64,000 nucleotides of DNA, from NCBI GenBank assembly GCA_025350565.1, contig JANXXO010000034.1:30577-94576 (forward strand), in the 5' to 3' direction. The notes beneath the pieces were generated by a model that saw only the letters and a program-made list of their open reading frames with translations, was not told the DNA's origin and made no database searches. The translations under genes and the position numbers were made by a program. The stretch comes from Acidimicrobiaceae bacterium (GTDB lineage Bacteria > Actinomycetota > Acidimicrobiia > Acidimicrobiales > RAAP-2). Positions 8,589 to 18,302 of the stretch are shown piece after piece. The first letter of the stretch is position 1, and every line of letters starts with the position of its first letter.

Positions 8589-9616
8589 CGCCAGTCGGCT
8601 AGATCACGGTCCGCGAGCGGGCGATCGCCGTGTGCACGAATCAGCGAGGTCATCCTCGCCTCTCGCACACTGATGGTCGGCTCGCGGACCCCGCCTCCGC
8701 CAGCCAACTGAGGGTAGAGCTCGTCGACGGCGCGGGTGAGCGCCTGGTGGGACTGACCGAACCGGGCGGCGTTCGACCACGCTTCGACCACGTGTCGACG
8801 AGCGACGTCGAGTCGACCTTCCAACGCGCCCGCGAAGCCATGTTCGTCCAGGGTGGTGCGGTGACGCGTGGGTGCCTCGAGCACGCCGTGGGCGACGAAG
8901 CGTTGTTGATCGTGACGCCACTGCTCGCGTGCGTCGTGGCGCTGCCAGTGCAACTTGTCGCCTCGTTCGCGGTGGTGTCCGCCCCAGAGCGCACGGTACC
9001 CCTCATCGAGTCCGGCGACGTGTTCAATGCCTTGAAAGGAACGCCACGCCGTCCACGGTGTTCGCTCGGAGAGTTCGTGGCGAAGCGACGCTCGATACAG
9101 GGCGTCCGCCGCGAGCGCGTGGGCAAAGAGACCGCGACTATCGAGCACCGTACGCGCCTGTTCGGGCTGCGCACCGACCAGCACGTGGTCGTGGAGGTGA
9201 GGTTCGCCGTGTCGATTGACGCCGTGCGTGAAGCTGACAATGCTGCGCCACTGACCCTTTTCGTCGCGGTCCTCGCCGTCGCGACGGTCGCGCACCACGA
9301 GGGAATGCTCTTCGAGGTACTCTACGGCCGCGCGCACCGATTCGCGATGCGCCGCCACCACCCCGGCGCCGTGATTCGGGTCGAGGGCGATCAGCACCGA
9401 GATGGGCCGGGGCGCCGCCACGATGATGTCGTAACCCTGGACGCGCGATCGTTCGGTCGTGCCGAGCACGCTGCCCACGTCGCGGGGATCGCTGGTGTCA
9501 CCTCGGCCCCGCAGCCACCATCCGGCGTCACCGTCGCGAAGGCCGTCCAGTTCGAGGGCCTTGTCGTCGGTGAAATACCTGACGTCGTTGGATCGTCGCG
9601 CCACCATTCGAATCAT
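8540..9616 (-). CDS. MOBF/TrwC-family relaxase domain protein without helicase
   Basis: N-terminal Tyr (VRYFTDD), motif II-like YDIIVAAPRPISVL, HUH motif HGVNRHGEPHLHDH. Start placed at ATG 9616 (MIRMV). Confidence 0.85.
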   Translation of the reverse strand: MIRMVARRSNDVRYFTDDKALELDGLRDGDAGWWLRGRGDTSDPRDVGSVLGTTERSRVQGYDIIVAAPRPISVLIALDPNHGAGVVAAHRESVRAAVEYLEEHSLVVRDRRDGEDRDEKGQWRSIVSFTHGVNRHGEPHLHDHVLVGAQPEQARTVLDSRGLFAHALAADALYRASLRHELSERTPWTAWRSFQGIEHVAGLDEGYRALWGGHHRERGDKLHWQRHDAREQWRHDQQRFVAHGVLEAPTRHRTTLDEHGFAGALEGRLDVARRHVVEAWSNAARFGQSHQALTRAVDELYPQLAGGGGVREPTISVREARMTSLIRAHGDRPLADRDLADWRQRSRDRSRDGSERSR

Positions 9617-9643
9617 CGGACCCCGTGAGCCCAATGGTCGCGT

Positions 9644-11599
9644 TTACAGCTGGGCGGTGATTCTCTTGGCCAGTTCGTGGCCGGCCTTGGCGAAGGTCGG
9701 CGTCGCCACCACCGCTCCCGCACCCGCGCGCAGCATCAGCTGATCAAGGAAGTGCTCGTTGCCGACCCGGAACTTGACGGCGTGTCGTCCGTCCTTCAAG
9801 ATCAGCCACTGCGCGTTGGGCAGCGATTCGAAGAGCCAGCGCAGTGGAGCGTCGAGCACGACCACCACTTCATCACCTTCCTCGCCCACTTGGGTGAGCC
9901 AGTTGACCACGAGGTCGCGGGGTCGCTGCTCGGTCACGGGCGAGGTCGCCACGACGGCGTTGATGCGGTCGATACGGAAGGTTCGCCACGAAGTGCGGTT
10001 GAGACAGTAGGCCCGAACGTAGGTGTGGCCATTGAGCACCTTTATCTCGCGCGGCTCAATTGAACGCGTAGACGCGGCCTCCGCGTTCGCCGGCGTGTAG
10101 AGAATCTTGATCTGTTGTTCCTCGGCGACGGCCTCGGAGACCTGGGCGAGCAGTGGTTCGTTGGTCGCCATCTCCACTTGCAGGTACGAACTGGTGGCCG
10201 CTTCGATCTTCTCGATGGCGGAGTGAATGGCCGCGTCGTCGTAGACACGCGACGCCTCTCGGAGGGCAATATTCAGTTCGAAGAGGTCGCGCCACATAAA
10301 TGGCGATGGCTCGTCGGCGCCTTCGGGCAGGTCGCTGAAGTCGGCGCGGTAGGTCGAATCGTCGTGGGACTCGTCGTCCCAGTCGTCGCACTCTTTCAAG
10401 ACGTGCGCGGGGAAGGCGCCGGTGCCGTCCGTGGAGCCGGCCATTGGTTCCAACGAGACCAGACGGTCCATGATGAGTCGCACGTGGCTCGGGTCGAGTC
10501 CAAAACGCATCGCCAGTTCGCTAATCCGCAACCCGTCCTCGGCGACGTACACGGCGTGGAGCAGTTGCAGCGTTTGGCCGAGCACGTCATTGGTCGCCGG
10601 ACCGTCGAATTTCATCGACTCCATGGACGGCGTCTTGCCACGGTTAACGTTCTTTAACCACTCGGCCAATTCGACCTTCAGAGACTTGGGCGATTGCAAT
10701 CGAATTCGGTCGGCCCCTTCGACGACGAAGCGCAGCGCCGTGCGCGGACTGTCGAAACTGAGCCCGACGTCGACCTTGCCGTCTTTCTTACTGGCCGAGA
10801 GTGCGCCGGGGTACTGGCGCACGAGCAGATCGGCGTAGTTCTCGTTGGTCGTCACCACCACGTCCAGGGGATGGGGTGATCGGGCGAACTCCGGTCGCCA
10901 GGCCTTGGCCACGTCGCGCGCGTCGGCGACGTCGTCGAACTGCTCACCCAACACCACCGGCATTGACGTCATGCGGCTGAAGCGGTAGCCCTTTATCTCT
11001 TCGGTACCTCGCACCCGCGCGATCAGATACGAGACGCCGTTGAACACGTCGATCAACAGTGGTTCGACGACGCGCGGCTTGTTGGCGCCCGATTGATAGT
11101 CGAAGGTGATGGCCCGATGGAGATTGAGCGCGCGAATGATCGGCGTGTAGTACATCGAGGATTCAAGGCCCCCGTCGCCCGCCGGCACCTCATTGAAGAC
11201 GCTGAAGGCGCCCGACGCGCCGAAACCGCAGAAACGCAGCGCCAAACGAACGACGCGCTCCTCGTCTGGCGTGAAGTTGATCAGCGGCGCGTAGCCGCTG
11301 GATGGATCGATGCGGTAACCGACGCTTCCGTCGTCCTTGACGGCGGTCTCGATTTCAAAACCCAATTCTCGGATGCGCGCCTTGTCGCGCTCGAACTTCT
11401 GGCGAACCGCTCCCTCGTTGCCTTCGTAGGCCGGGATCTTGCGCGGCCCCTTGGCGGCGACCGGAAACTCATCGATCTTGAGCTCGCGCACGATCTCTTC
11501 TTGCGTCAACGCGCCGTACTGCCAGGCACGTTGAAGGAGGAGCACGAGCGCAATAAGTCGCTCCCGGCTCTGTTCAACGCCTCCGCGAATACTGCTCAT
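9644..11599 (-). CDS. pafBC: Fused PafB-PafC-like regulator (HTH-WYL-WCX twice)
   Basis: PafB-like KFERDKARIRELG..GYRI, first WYL YLIAR..YRFSRM, second HTH ISELAMRFG, second WYL YVRAYC..RTFRIDRI. Strong AAGGAG RBS. Confidence 0.8.
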   Translation of the reverse strand: MSSIRGGVEQSRERLIALVLLLQRAWQYGALTQEEIVRELKIDEFPVAAKGPRKIPAYEGNEGAVRQKFERDKARIRELGFEIETAVKDDGSVGYRIDPSSGYAPLINFTPDEERVVRLALRFCGFGASGAFSVFNEVPAGDGGLESSMYYTPIIRALNLHRAITFDYQSGANKPRVVEPLLIDVFNGVSYLIARVRGTEEIKGYRFSRMTSMPVVLGEQFDDVADARDVAKAWRPEFARSPHPLDVVVTTNENYADLLVRQYPGALSASKKDGKVDVGLSFDSPRTALRFVVEGADRIRLQSPKSLKVELAEWLKNVNRGKTPSMESMKFDGPATNDVLGQTLQLLHAVYVAEDGLRISELAMRFGLDPSHVRLIMDRLVSLEPMAGSTDGTGAFPAHVLKECDDWDDESHDDSTYRADFSDLPEGADEPSPFMWRDLFELNIALREASRVYDDAAIHSAIEKIEAATSSYLQVEMATNEPLLAQVSEAVAEEQQIKILYTPANAEAASTRSIEPREIKVLNGHTYVRAYCLNRTSWRTFRIDRINAVVATSPVTEQRPRDLVVNWLTQVGEEGDEVVVVLDAPLRWLFESLPNAQWLILKDGRHAVKFRVGNEHFLDQLMLRAGAGAVVATPTFAKAGHELAKRITAQL

Positions 11600-11824
11600 T
11601 GCTCTCCTTCTCGTGCACTACAGAGGGTACCCGTCGGGGGTGAGGACAATCGCCCACGCGAAGAAGAAGGGTCCCGTACCGTCACGCGCTTGACCCGCGG
11701 CATTGGCACATTCACGCCTGGCCACCCGCAGTTCGTCGCTACCGTGTTGATCACGTCGGGCCCGACGCCAGATAACGTCCACGACGGACTGATCGATCGG
11801 GTTGGGTCCGAGAAGGGGTGAGCA

Positions 11825-12271
11825 ATGACCATTGAAGGTACTTACGAACCGAGTCCAGCGCAATGGGTGCGCACGCAGGTGGCCTCCTACGAAAGTTCAG
11901 GCGGTACCGAAGCCAATACATTGCGTGATACGGGTCTGCCCATCATCATCGTGACCACCCTCGGAAATAAGAGCGGCCACGTCCGAAAGACGCCGCTGAT
12001 GCGCGTCGAGCACGAGGGCCAGTACGCACTCGTGGCCTCCCAAGGCGGGGCACCAACGCACCCCGTGTGGTACTACAACTTGATGGCCGATCCCGGGTCA
12101 GTCGCGATTCAAGACGGCCCCGCCCCATTCCCCGTCACCGTGCACGAGGCGACCGGGGACGAGCGTGCGCTGTGGTGGGAGCGCGCCGTTGCGGCCTTTC
12201 CGCCCTACGCCGAGTATCAGACCAAAACCGAACGAACCATTCCGGTTTTCGTCGCCGCTCGAGTGTCGTAG
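11825..12271 (+). CDS. F420H2-dependent nitroreductase/quinone reductase (Ddn family)
   Basis: TTLGNKSGHVRKTPL, VASQGGAPTHPVWYYNL and RTIPVF motifs. Confidence 0.88.
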   Translation: MTIEGTYEPSPAQWVRTQVASYESSGGTEANTLRDTGLPIIIVTTLGNKSGHVRKTPLMRVEHEGQYALVASQGGAPTHPVWYYNLMADPGSVAIQDGPAPFPVTVHEATGDERALWWERAVAAFPPYAEYQTKTERTIPVFVAARVS

Positions 12272-12282
12272 CGGCAAGACCG

Positions 12283-14688
12283 TTAGGTCGTCGCCTTCAG
12301 CGTGAGGGCTGGGACGGCGGGTTGGAAGGCCGTCTTGTTGGCCGGCATGGGCCGGCTGATGTAGTAACCCTGGGCCCGGTCACAGCCCAGGTCGCTCAAG
12401 AGGTCGAGCGTGTCGACGTCCTCGATCCCCTCGGCCACCACGCGTAGGGCCATGTCGTGGCCGAGCTGGATGGTCGCGCGCACCAGTTCGAGGTCGCGTT
12501 CCTTGCCGTCGGTGCCGAGTCCGGTGATGAAGTTGCGATCGAGTTTGAGTTCACCGACGGCCAGACTGCTCAGGTACGCGAGCGAGGTAAACCCGGCGCC
12601 GAAGTCGTCGATGGAGACCATGATGCCGAGCTCGCGCATTCGCTCGATCACCGTCTTCGAACTGGCGAAATCGTTAATGATGCTCGACTCGGTGATCTCG
12701 ATGATGAGCGAGGTGCCGGGGAGGTCGTACTGGGCGAGGAGTTCCACGATCCTCTCGGTGAAGCCAACCTGCAGAAGATTGGTCGCCGTGATGTTGACCG
12801 AGACCGTCATCATGCGACCGTCCGCGTACCAGCGCGCGCACTGGCCAATGGCCTCACGCAAGACCCAATCGGTCAGTTCCGCCATGAGTCCGGCGTCCTC
12901 GGCGAGCGGGATGAATTTAAGGGGCGGCACGAGCCCGAGTGTCGGATGGGGCCACCGAATGAGTGCTTCCACAGCCAGAATTTCACCCGTTCGCAAGTCC
13001 AACTGGGGTTGGTAGTGGAGCACGAAATTACCCGTCTCCACGGCCGTGCGCAGATCGTCGAGGAGACTCAGTTGGCTCTCTCCCCCGTCGAGTCCCTGGT
13101 CGTAGAAGACGTAAGGGATCTGTCCGAGTTTGGCGCGGTACATGGCGGTGTCGGCGCACCAGGTGAGTCCAATGGCCTCCGAAGCGTCTGACGGCGCCAA
13201 GGCAATGCCGATGCTCGCGCCCACGCTCGCCTTCATCTTTTGCAACATGAACGGCTCGCAAATGGCCGTCAGAATCTTCTCGGCCACAACTTCGGCGTCG
13301 TGACCGTCGGCGCCGATCAATACCACGGCCAGTTCATCGCCGCCCAATCGAAACACCGTCCCCGAGGCCGGCACGGCGGAGGTGAGCCGCGGTCCCAATT
13401 GACGAAGCAGTTCGTCACCGGCCGGGTGGCCGAACGAGTCGTTGATCTCCTTAAAGCGATTGAGATCGATGAAAAGGAAGGCGAGATGGCGCGACACCGT
13501 CCACGGATTGGCGTAATCGGCAAAGAAGGTCTCGAGGACGTGAAAGAGATGGCGACGGTTCCCGAGGCCCGTGAGTTCATCGGTCTGGGCTTGACGATGA
13601 CGTTCCTCGGTCAGAATCCGCAAGGCCCTCGCCGAGAGGGTCAGGCGCAGACCGGCCATGAGCAACGTGGCCGTCGCCAACCACAACGCCACCCACGAGA
13701 CGTGGCGCACGTAACCGACGAGAAGGATGGCCAAACCGCCCACGGCGGCCAAGCTCGGGAAGGTTACGCCGGCCACACGTTGCGCCCTCAATGGGTCGAG
13801 GGTCGATGGCTTGATCCACACCGACATGGCCATCAGCAAGATTGATGCCGGCCAGGCGACGGCGTTGATCTCGGTGCCGAGGCGCGACGCAAAAATCGTG
13901 GAGGACTGGAAGAGATTTGCCGTGTCGCCCATGACGTTGATGGTGATGCCCGACGCGAGCAAGAACCAGGGCATCACCCAACGGCCCGAGAGCATGACAG
14001 TGCCGCCAATGACCAGGGAGAGCAGCAATAGGTCGCCAATGGGATAGGCGAGATTCGTGGCGGCCGCCGCGACACTGCCCCCCGACGCGTGCACGATGTC
14101 GTGAAAGGCGAACGCCGCACAGACCGCCGCGGCCCCGAGCCCCGCCACGACGCCGTCCAGCCAATTCGGACGCGAGAGCCGACCCATGGCGTTGCGAAGA
14201 AGTTGCACGGTCGCCACGTAAGCGAGAGGGTAAAAACCCAGATAGAACACGTCAGCGAGCGAAGGGACCGAGGGCGTCGCGCCGCCCATCGATTCGAACG
14301 TCAAGAAAGCGTCGCCGAGCGACCATGACAAGAGCCCGAGACCCAGCGCGAGGGGCGCCGCGCGACCGGGGTGTCGATCGAGACCTCGAAAGATACAGAG
14401 CGACGACACGAACGCTTCGAAGGTCGCCACTCCCCAACCGTCCAGCCATGTCCAGCTCTGGCCGCGCGTGCGCGCCACGAGAGAAATCAGATAGACGAGG
14501 ACCACCACAGCGAGCAGTGTGAACACAACCCACATGCGAGGCGCCATGTTCTGAATGAGCGAGGAGTGACCCGATGGTTCCTCGCGCGTCGAAGCATCGA
14601 GTCCCGCGGATTCGGCACTTGACGCGACGTCGCGCGAGGTGTGACGAAAGTGACCACTCCGCACCACGTCACCGGTTGAGTGAGTCAT
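12283..14688 (-). CDS. Membrane-bound GGDEF-EAL protein
   Basis: Many N-terminal TM helices, DELTGLGNRR, DLNRFKEIND, GGDEL, EAL and DDFGAGF motifs. Confidence 0.92.
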   Translation of the reverse strand: MTHSTGDVVRSGHFRHTSRDVASSAESAGLDASTREEPSGHSSLIQNMAPRMWVVFTLLAVVVLVYLISLVARTRGQSWTWLDGWGVATFEAFVSSLCIFRGLDRHPGRAAPLALGLGLLSWSLGDAFLTFESMGGATPSVPSLADVFYLGFYPLAYVATVQLLRNAMGRLSRPNWLDGVVAGLGAAAVCAAFAFHDIVHASGGSVAAAATNLAYPIGDLLLLSLVIGGTVMLSGRWVMPWFLLASGITINVMGDTANLFQSSTIFASRLGTEINAVAWPASILLMAMSVWIKPSTLDPLRAQRVAGVTFPSLAAVGGLAILLVGYVRHVSWVALWLATATLLMAGLRLTLSARALRILTEERHRQAQTDELTGLGNRRHLFHVLETFFADYANPWTVSRHLAFLFIDLNRFKEINDSFGHPAGDELLRQLGPRLTSAVPASGTVFRLGGDELAVVLIGADGHDAEVVAEKILTAICEPFMLQKMKASVGASIGIALAPSDASEAIGLTWCADTAMYRAKLGQIPYVFYDQGLDGGESQLSLLDDLRTAVETGNFVLHYQPQLDLRTGEILAVEALIRWPHPTLGLVPPLKFIPLAEDAGLMAELTDWVLREAIGQCARWYADGRMMTVSVNITATNLLQVGFTERIVELLAQYDLPGTSLIIEITESSIINDFASSKTVIERMRELGIMVSIDDFGAGFTSLAYLSSLAVGELKLDRNFITGLGTDGKERDLELVRATIQLGHDMALRVVAEGIEDVDTLDLLSDLGCDRAQGYYISRPMPANKTAFQPAVPALTLKATT

Positions 14689-15291
14689 ACACCGACCTCC
14701 TGGGACTCTCGTTCGGAAGAATCATGACAAGACGACAAACTCGGCCCAGCTCGACTCGGCCAACCCCCACGGTAATTCAGCGCAATTACTCAATCGGTCA
14801 TGGCTACGCCTTATTGGCGACGTCGAATCGGCCCGCGGGACTGTTGTTTGAAAGCAACTCCGTCGGCGGCTGAGTATTTTCTTACGAAAGTTCAGTCATC
14901 TAGAGGACGTCGCGGGCCAGTCAATCTACGAAGCACGAGCGGATCGCAGGACGTCGTCGGCGCGGTTCTCTTTCGAGCGGCGCGCCATGGGCGTGACGTC
15001 ACTTCCGGGCGCGACGTGGAGCGATTCGTCCACGAGGCGCCGCTCCACGTCCGAAGTGAAGCCAATCTTGTCGCGGTCTTGGTTTGGTGACGGGTCGATT
15101 GGTACGTGCAACAGGGACACGGTGGCCAAGGGCGTCGTAGTCTGCCCCCAGAGGTCGGCAACCACAAATCTCACGAACGAACCTTACCTTGGCTCTTCGG
15201 CCAAATTAGTGATGACCGGTGAGAATCGAACGGTCACGCTCGAGGTACCCACCGTGGCCAATTTTGGCGCACGTGGCGCCCATGCTCCGCG

Positions 15292-15684
15292 TCAACTTCC
15301 GTTCGGCTCCCACAGTTCAATGCTCTCGGGGTCGGTCGCCCACGAGAACCGACCATTCTCTTCATCGACAATGGGTTCGGCCTCCACCCCGAGGCCGCGA
15401 AGCCGTTCGACAACACCAGATAGATCGTCAACCCGGAAGTTCACCATCACGGCTTGGCGTTGTGGGTCGCCAATGTAAGGGTCATCTGCACCGAACATCG
15501 CCAAGATCGTCACCGACCCCGGTTCGTCATTGGCGAGCACCGCGAACGGAGCGCCGTCGAGGAACCCAATGCCGAGAGCCGACGAATACCATTCGACGAG
15601 CGCCGACGAGTCCCTGGCGTGAAGGAAGACACCACCGATGCCCGTTGCTTTCGCCAATGGGGGGATTCTACGCAAAGGGACCAT
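15292..15684 (-). CDS. VOC/glyoxalase family protein
   Basis: ATGIGGVF..WY..LG, MVNFRVDDL and IELWEP motifs. Confidence 0.8.
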   Translation of the reverse strand: MVPLRRIPPLAKATGIGGVFLHARDSSALVEWYSSALGIGFLDGAPFAVLANDEPGSVTILAMFGADDPYIGDPQRQAVMVNFRVDDLSGVVERLRGLGVEAEPIVDEENGRFSWATDPESIELWEPNGS

Positions 15685-15753
15685 ACTGAGGTCCCGTACG
15701 ATTGACCCCGTTCTTCCTCGAGACGAACTGCGACAAACCTATAAAGTGCCCAC

Positions 15754-16725
15754 ATGGACTACGTGAACCTCGGCACCACCGGACTCAAAGTCTCACGCAT
15801 ATGCCTCGGCTGCATGAGTTACGGCGAACCCGAGCGCGGGAATCAACCCTGGTCGCTGGGTGCCGAGGCGGCGCAGCCCTTCTTTCGCCAAGCGCTCGAT
15901 GCCGGCATCAACTTCTTCGACACGGCCAATGTCTACTCCGCGGGTTCCAGTGAGGAAATAACCGGAAAAGCGTTGCTCTCCATGGCACCGCGCGAGGAGT
16001 TGGTCATCGCCACCAAAGTGCACGGTCGAATGGGGCCCGGTCCCAACGGCCAGGGACTCTCCCGCAAGGCCATCATGCTCGAAATCGATAACAGTCTTCG
16101 TCGACTCGGTACCGACTACGTCGACTTGTACCAGATCCATCGATGGGATTATCACACCCCCATAGAGGAAACCCTCGAGGCACTACACGACGTGGTGAGA
16201 TCGGGCAAAGCGCGCTATATCGGTGCATCCTCCATGCACGCTTGGCAGTTTGCGCAGGCCCTCTACGTGGCCGACCTGAACGGCTGGACGCGATTCGTGA
16301 GCATGCAGAACTACTACAACTTGGTCTACCGCGAAGAGGAGCGCGAGATGTTACCGCTGTGCGCGGATCAAAGCGTCAGTTCCATTCCCTGGAGTCCACT
16401 GGCGCGAGGACGACTTACGCGCCCGTGGGCCGAGCAGACAGCGCGATCAGAGCGCGACGACTTCGGACGGTCATTGTCGGTGAGCGAGGACGAAGCCACG
16501 GTGGACGTGGTGCTCGCGATGGCCGAACGACGCGGCGTCACTCCTGCGCAGATTGCCCTGGCCTGGCTACTGACCAAGCCCGTCGTCGCCAGCCCCATTG
16601 TGGGTGCCACCCGAGCCCACCACCTGGCCGACGCCGTGGCCGCGCTCGACCTAAAACTTGACGCAGAGGAAGTCGAACAACTGGAGCGGAACTATCGTCC
16701 CCACTCACCCGTCGGGTTCGCCTGA
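15754..16725 (+). CDS. Aldo/keto reductase
   Basis: LGTTGLKVSRICLG, FFDTANVYSAG, SLRRLGTDYVDLYQIH and PWSPLARG motifs. Confidence 0.92.
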   Translation: MDYVNLGTTGLKVSRICLGCMSYGEPERGNQPWSLGAEAAQPFFRQALDAGINFFDTANVYSAGSSEEITGKALLSMAPREELVIATKVHGRMGPGPNGQGLSRKAIMLEIDNSLRRLGTDYVDLYQIHRWDYHTPIEETLEALHDVVRSGKARYIGASSMHAWQFAQALYVADLNGWTRFVSMQNYYNLVYREEEREMLPLCADQSVSSIPWSPLARGRLTRPWAEQTARSERDDFGRSLSVSEDEATVDVVLAMAERRGVTPAQIALAWLLTKPVVASPIVGATRAHHLADAVAALDLKLDAEEVEQLERNYRPHSPVGFA

Positions 16726-16726
16726 A

Positions 16727-17170
16727 ATGGCGATTAACAATGGAGCAGCCGTGCCCGCTGGCAATGATGCGTCCGCCAACATCTCGAAACGAATTAAGGA
16801 GTTAGGGGGATGGCGCGGTGAGACCCTGGAGCGTCTCCGTCGGCTCATTCTCGATGCCGATCCACGGGTGGTCGAGGAATGGAAATGGGTCAAGCCGACC
16901 AGCCCCGGGACACCCGTGTGGTCGCACGACGGGGGCATCTGCACCGGCGAAGCGTATAAGGAAGTCGTGAAGTTGACCTTCTTTCGAGGCGCGGCCGTGC
17001 ACGATCCGAAGAAACTCTTCAATTCGAGCCTCGAAGGAAACGTGCGTCGGGCCATCGATTTTCGCGAAGGAGATTCGCTCAACGAGGCGGCATTCCGGCA
17101 GCTCATCCGTTCGGCGGTGTCCACCAACGCCGCGGTGCTCGCCGAACGGGCCGCCAAGAAAAAGAAGTAG
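16727..17170 (+). CDS. DUF1801/YdhG-like protein
   Basis: WRGETL..LRRLI..EEWKW..PVWS..GGIC..VKLTF pattern. ATG immediately follows the AKR stop. Confidence 0.75.
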   Translation: MAINNGAAVPAGNDASANISKRIKELGGWRGETLERLRRLILDADPRVVEEWKWVKPTSPGTPVWSHDGGICTGEAYKEVVKLTFFRGAAVHDPKKLFNSSLEGNVRRAIDFREGDSLNEAAFRQLIRSAVSTNAAVLAERAAKKKK

Positions 17171-17214
17171 AGCGGCGCCGAAGGATGCTGGCCTCGCGCT
17201 GTACTATTCCAACG

Positions 17215-17721
17215 ATGACGGGCGAACTCGATGACGATAGGGCTGAGCTCCTCGCCTGTCTCCAGTACCAACGCTCAGCCGTCTTGTCCATCGTGCGTGG
17301 ACTGTCCGAGGACGCGTGGCACACCTCCGTGGTTCCGTCAGGCTGGACGCCGGCTGGATTCGTCGAGCACCTCGGCGGGGCGGAGTACTACTGGTTTCAC
17401 AACGTCGTGGCCGGACTACCCGACGCCGAGCCCCCCGAGGGCGAAGAGCCCACGCCGTTCGACCGGTTCGCTCCCTTTACGAGCGACTCCTCGTCCACGG
17501 AGATCGTCGCCTGCTACACCGAGCAGTGCCGTGTTTCGGACGAGATACTGGCCAACGTTGCGATGTCGACACGACCACTGGGACGCCACACTCTCGATGA
17601 GGCGGTACCGAGCGTCCGCTGGGTCGTTTTACACATGATTGAAGAGACCGCCGCCCACTCCGGCCACCTCGAAATAGCTCGAGAGTTGCTCGACGGCGGC
17701 GTCAGGCTCGGTCAACGCTGA
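17215..17721 (+). CDS. DinB/DUF664 family protein
   Basis: SVRWVVLHMIEETAAHSGHLEIARELLDG motif. A TACTAT -10 just upstream suggests a leaderless start. Confidence 0.8.
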   Translation: MTGELDDDRAELLACLQYQRSAVLSIVRGLSEDAWHTSVVPSGWTPAGFVEHLGGAEYYWFHNVVAGLPDAEPPEGEEPTPFDRFAPFTSDSSSTEIVACYTEQCRVSDEILANVAMSTRPLGRHTLDEAVPSVRWVVLHMIEETAAHSGHLEIARELLDGGVRLGQR

Positions 17722-17810
17722 GCTTCGCGGCGTCACGCGAAGGCCCTGACTCAACACCGAAGCGGGTAGCGGCACGTTAGAACGACGCGACTCCGCACCG
17801 ATAATGGGAG

Positions 17811-18302
17811 CTAGTCCGGTGAGGTGTCCTCGCGTCGCCAGGTACCGGAGCGACCACCCGACTTTTCCCAGATCGCCACGTCTTCGATAGTCATCGTTCG
17901 ATCACTGGACTTGCACATGTCGTACACCGTGAGGGCGGCCACGGTGACCGCCATCAGGGCTTCCATTTCCACGCCCGTCCGGTCCACCGTGTCGACGCTG
18001 GCCTCGACGTCGATGTACGTGTCGGCAATCGTGAAGTTCACGTGCACGTTGCCCACGAGAACCGGGTGTGACATTGGCAACATCATCGATGCATGTTTGG
18101 CCGCCTGAATGCCCGCGACGCGAGCGGTGGCCAAGACGTCACCTTTGTTCATCGCGTTGGCGGCAACGCTGGCCGTGGTGGAGGCGTCCATGTTGATGCG
18201 ACACTTGGCGAGCGCGCGACGGGCCGACACTTCGGAGGGACCGATATCTCGTGGGAAGGCTCCTCCACCAGACGGTCGACGTAGTTGGTGGAAGTCGTCC
18301 AC
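17811..18302 (-). CDS. moaC: Cyclic pyranopterin monophosphate synthase MoaC
   Basis: GDVLATARVAGIQAAK, HP, TGVEMEAL, YDMCK and KSGGRSG motifs; N-terminus divergent. Confidence 0.9.
   Translation of the reverse strand: MDDFHQLRRPSGGGAFPRDIGPSEVSARRALAKCRINMDASTTASVAANAMNKGDVLATARVAGIQAAKHASMMLPMSHPVLVGNVHVNFTIADTYIDVEASVDTVDRTGVEMEALMAVTVAALTVYDMCKSSDRTMTIEDVAIWEKSGGRSGTWRREDTSPD

Noticed and set aside
11600-11824. Possible PafBC (RecA-NDp) promoter motif CGTCGG at about 11632
   Set aside because: No TANNNT at the required 10-bp spacing.
11596-11832. Small minus-strand ORF whose stop overlaps the pafBC start
   Set aside because: No recognisable motif, it overlaps the divergent ddn start, and pafBC has its own strong RBS.
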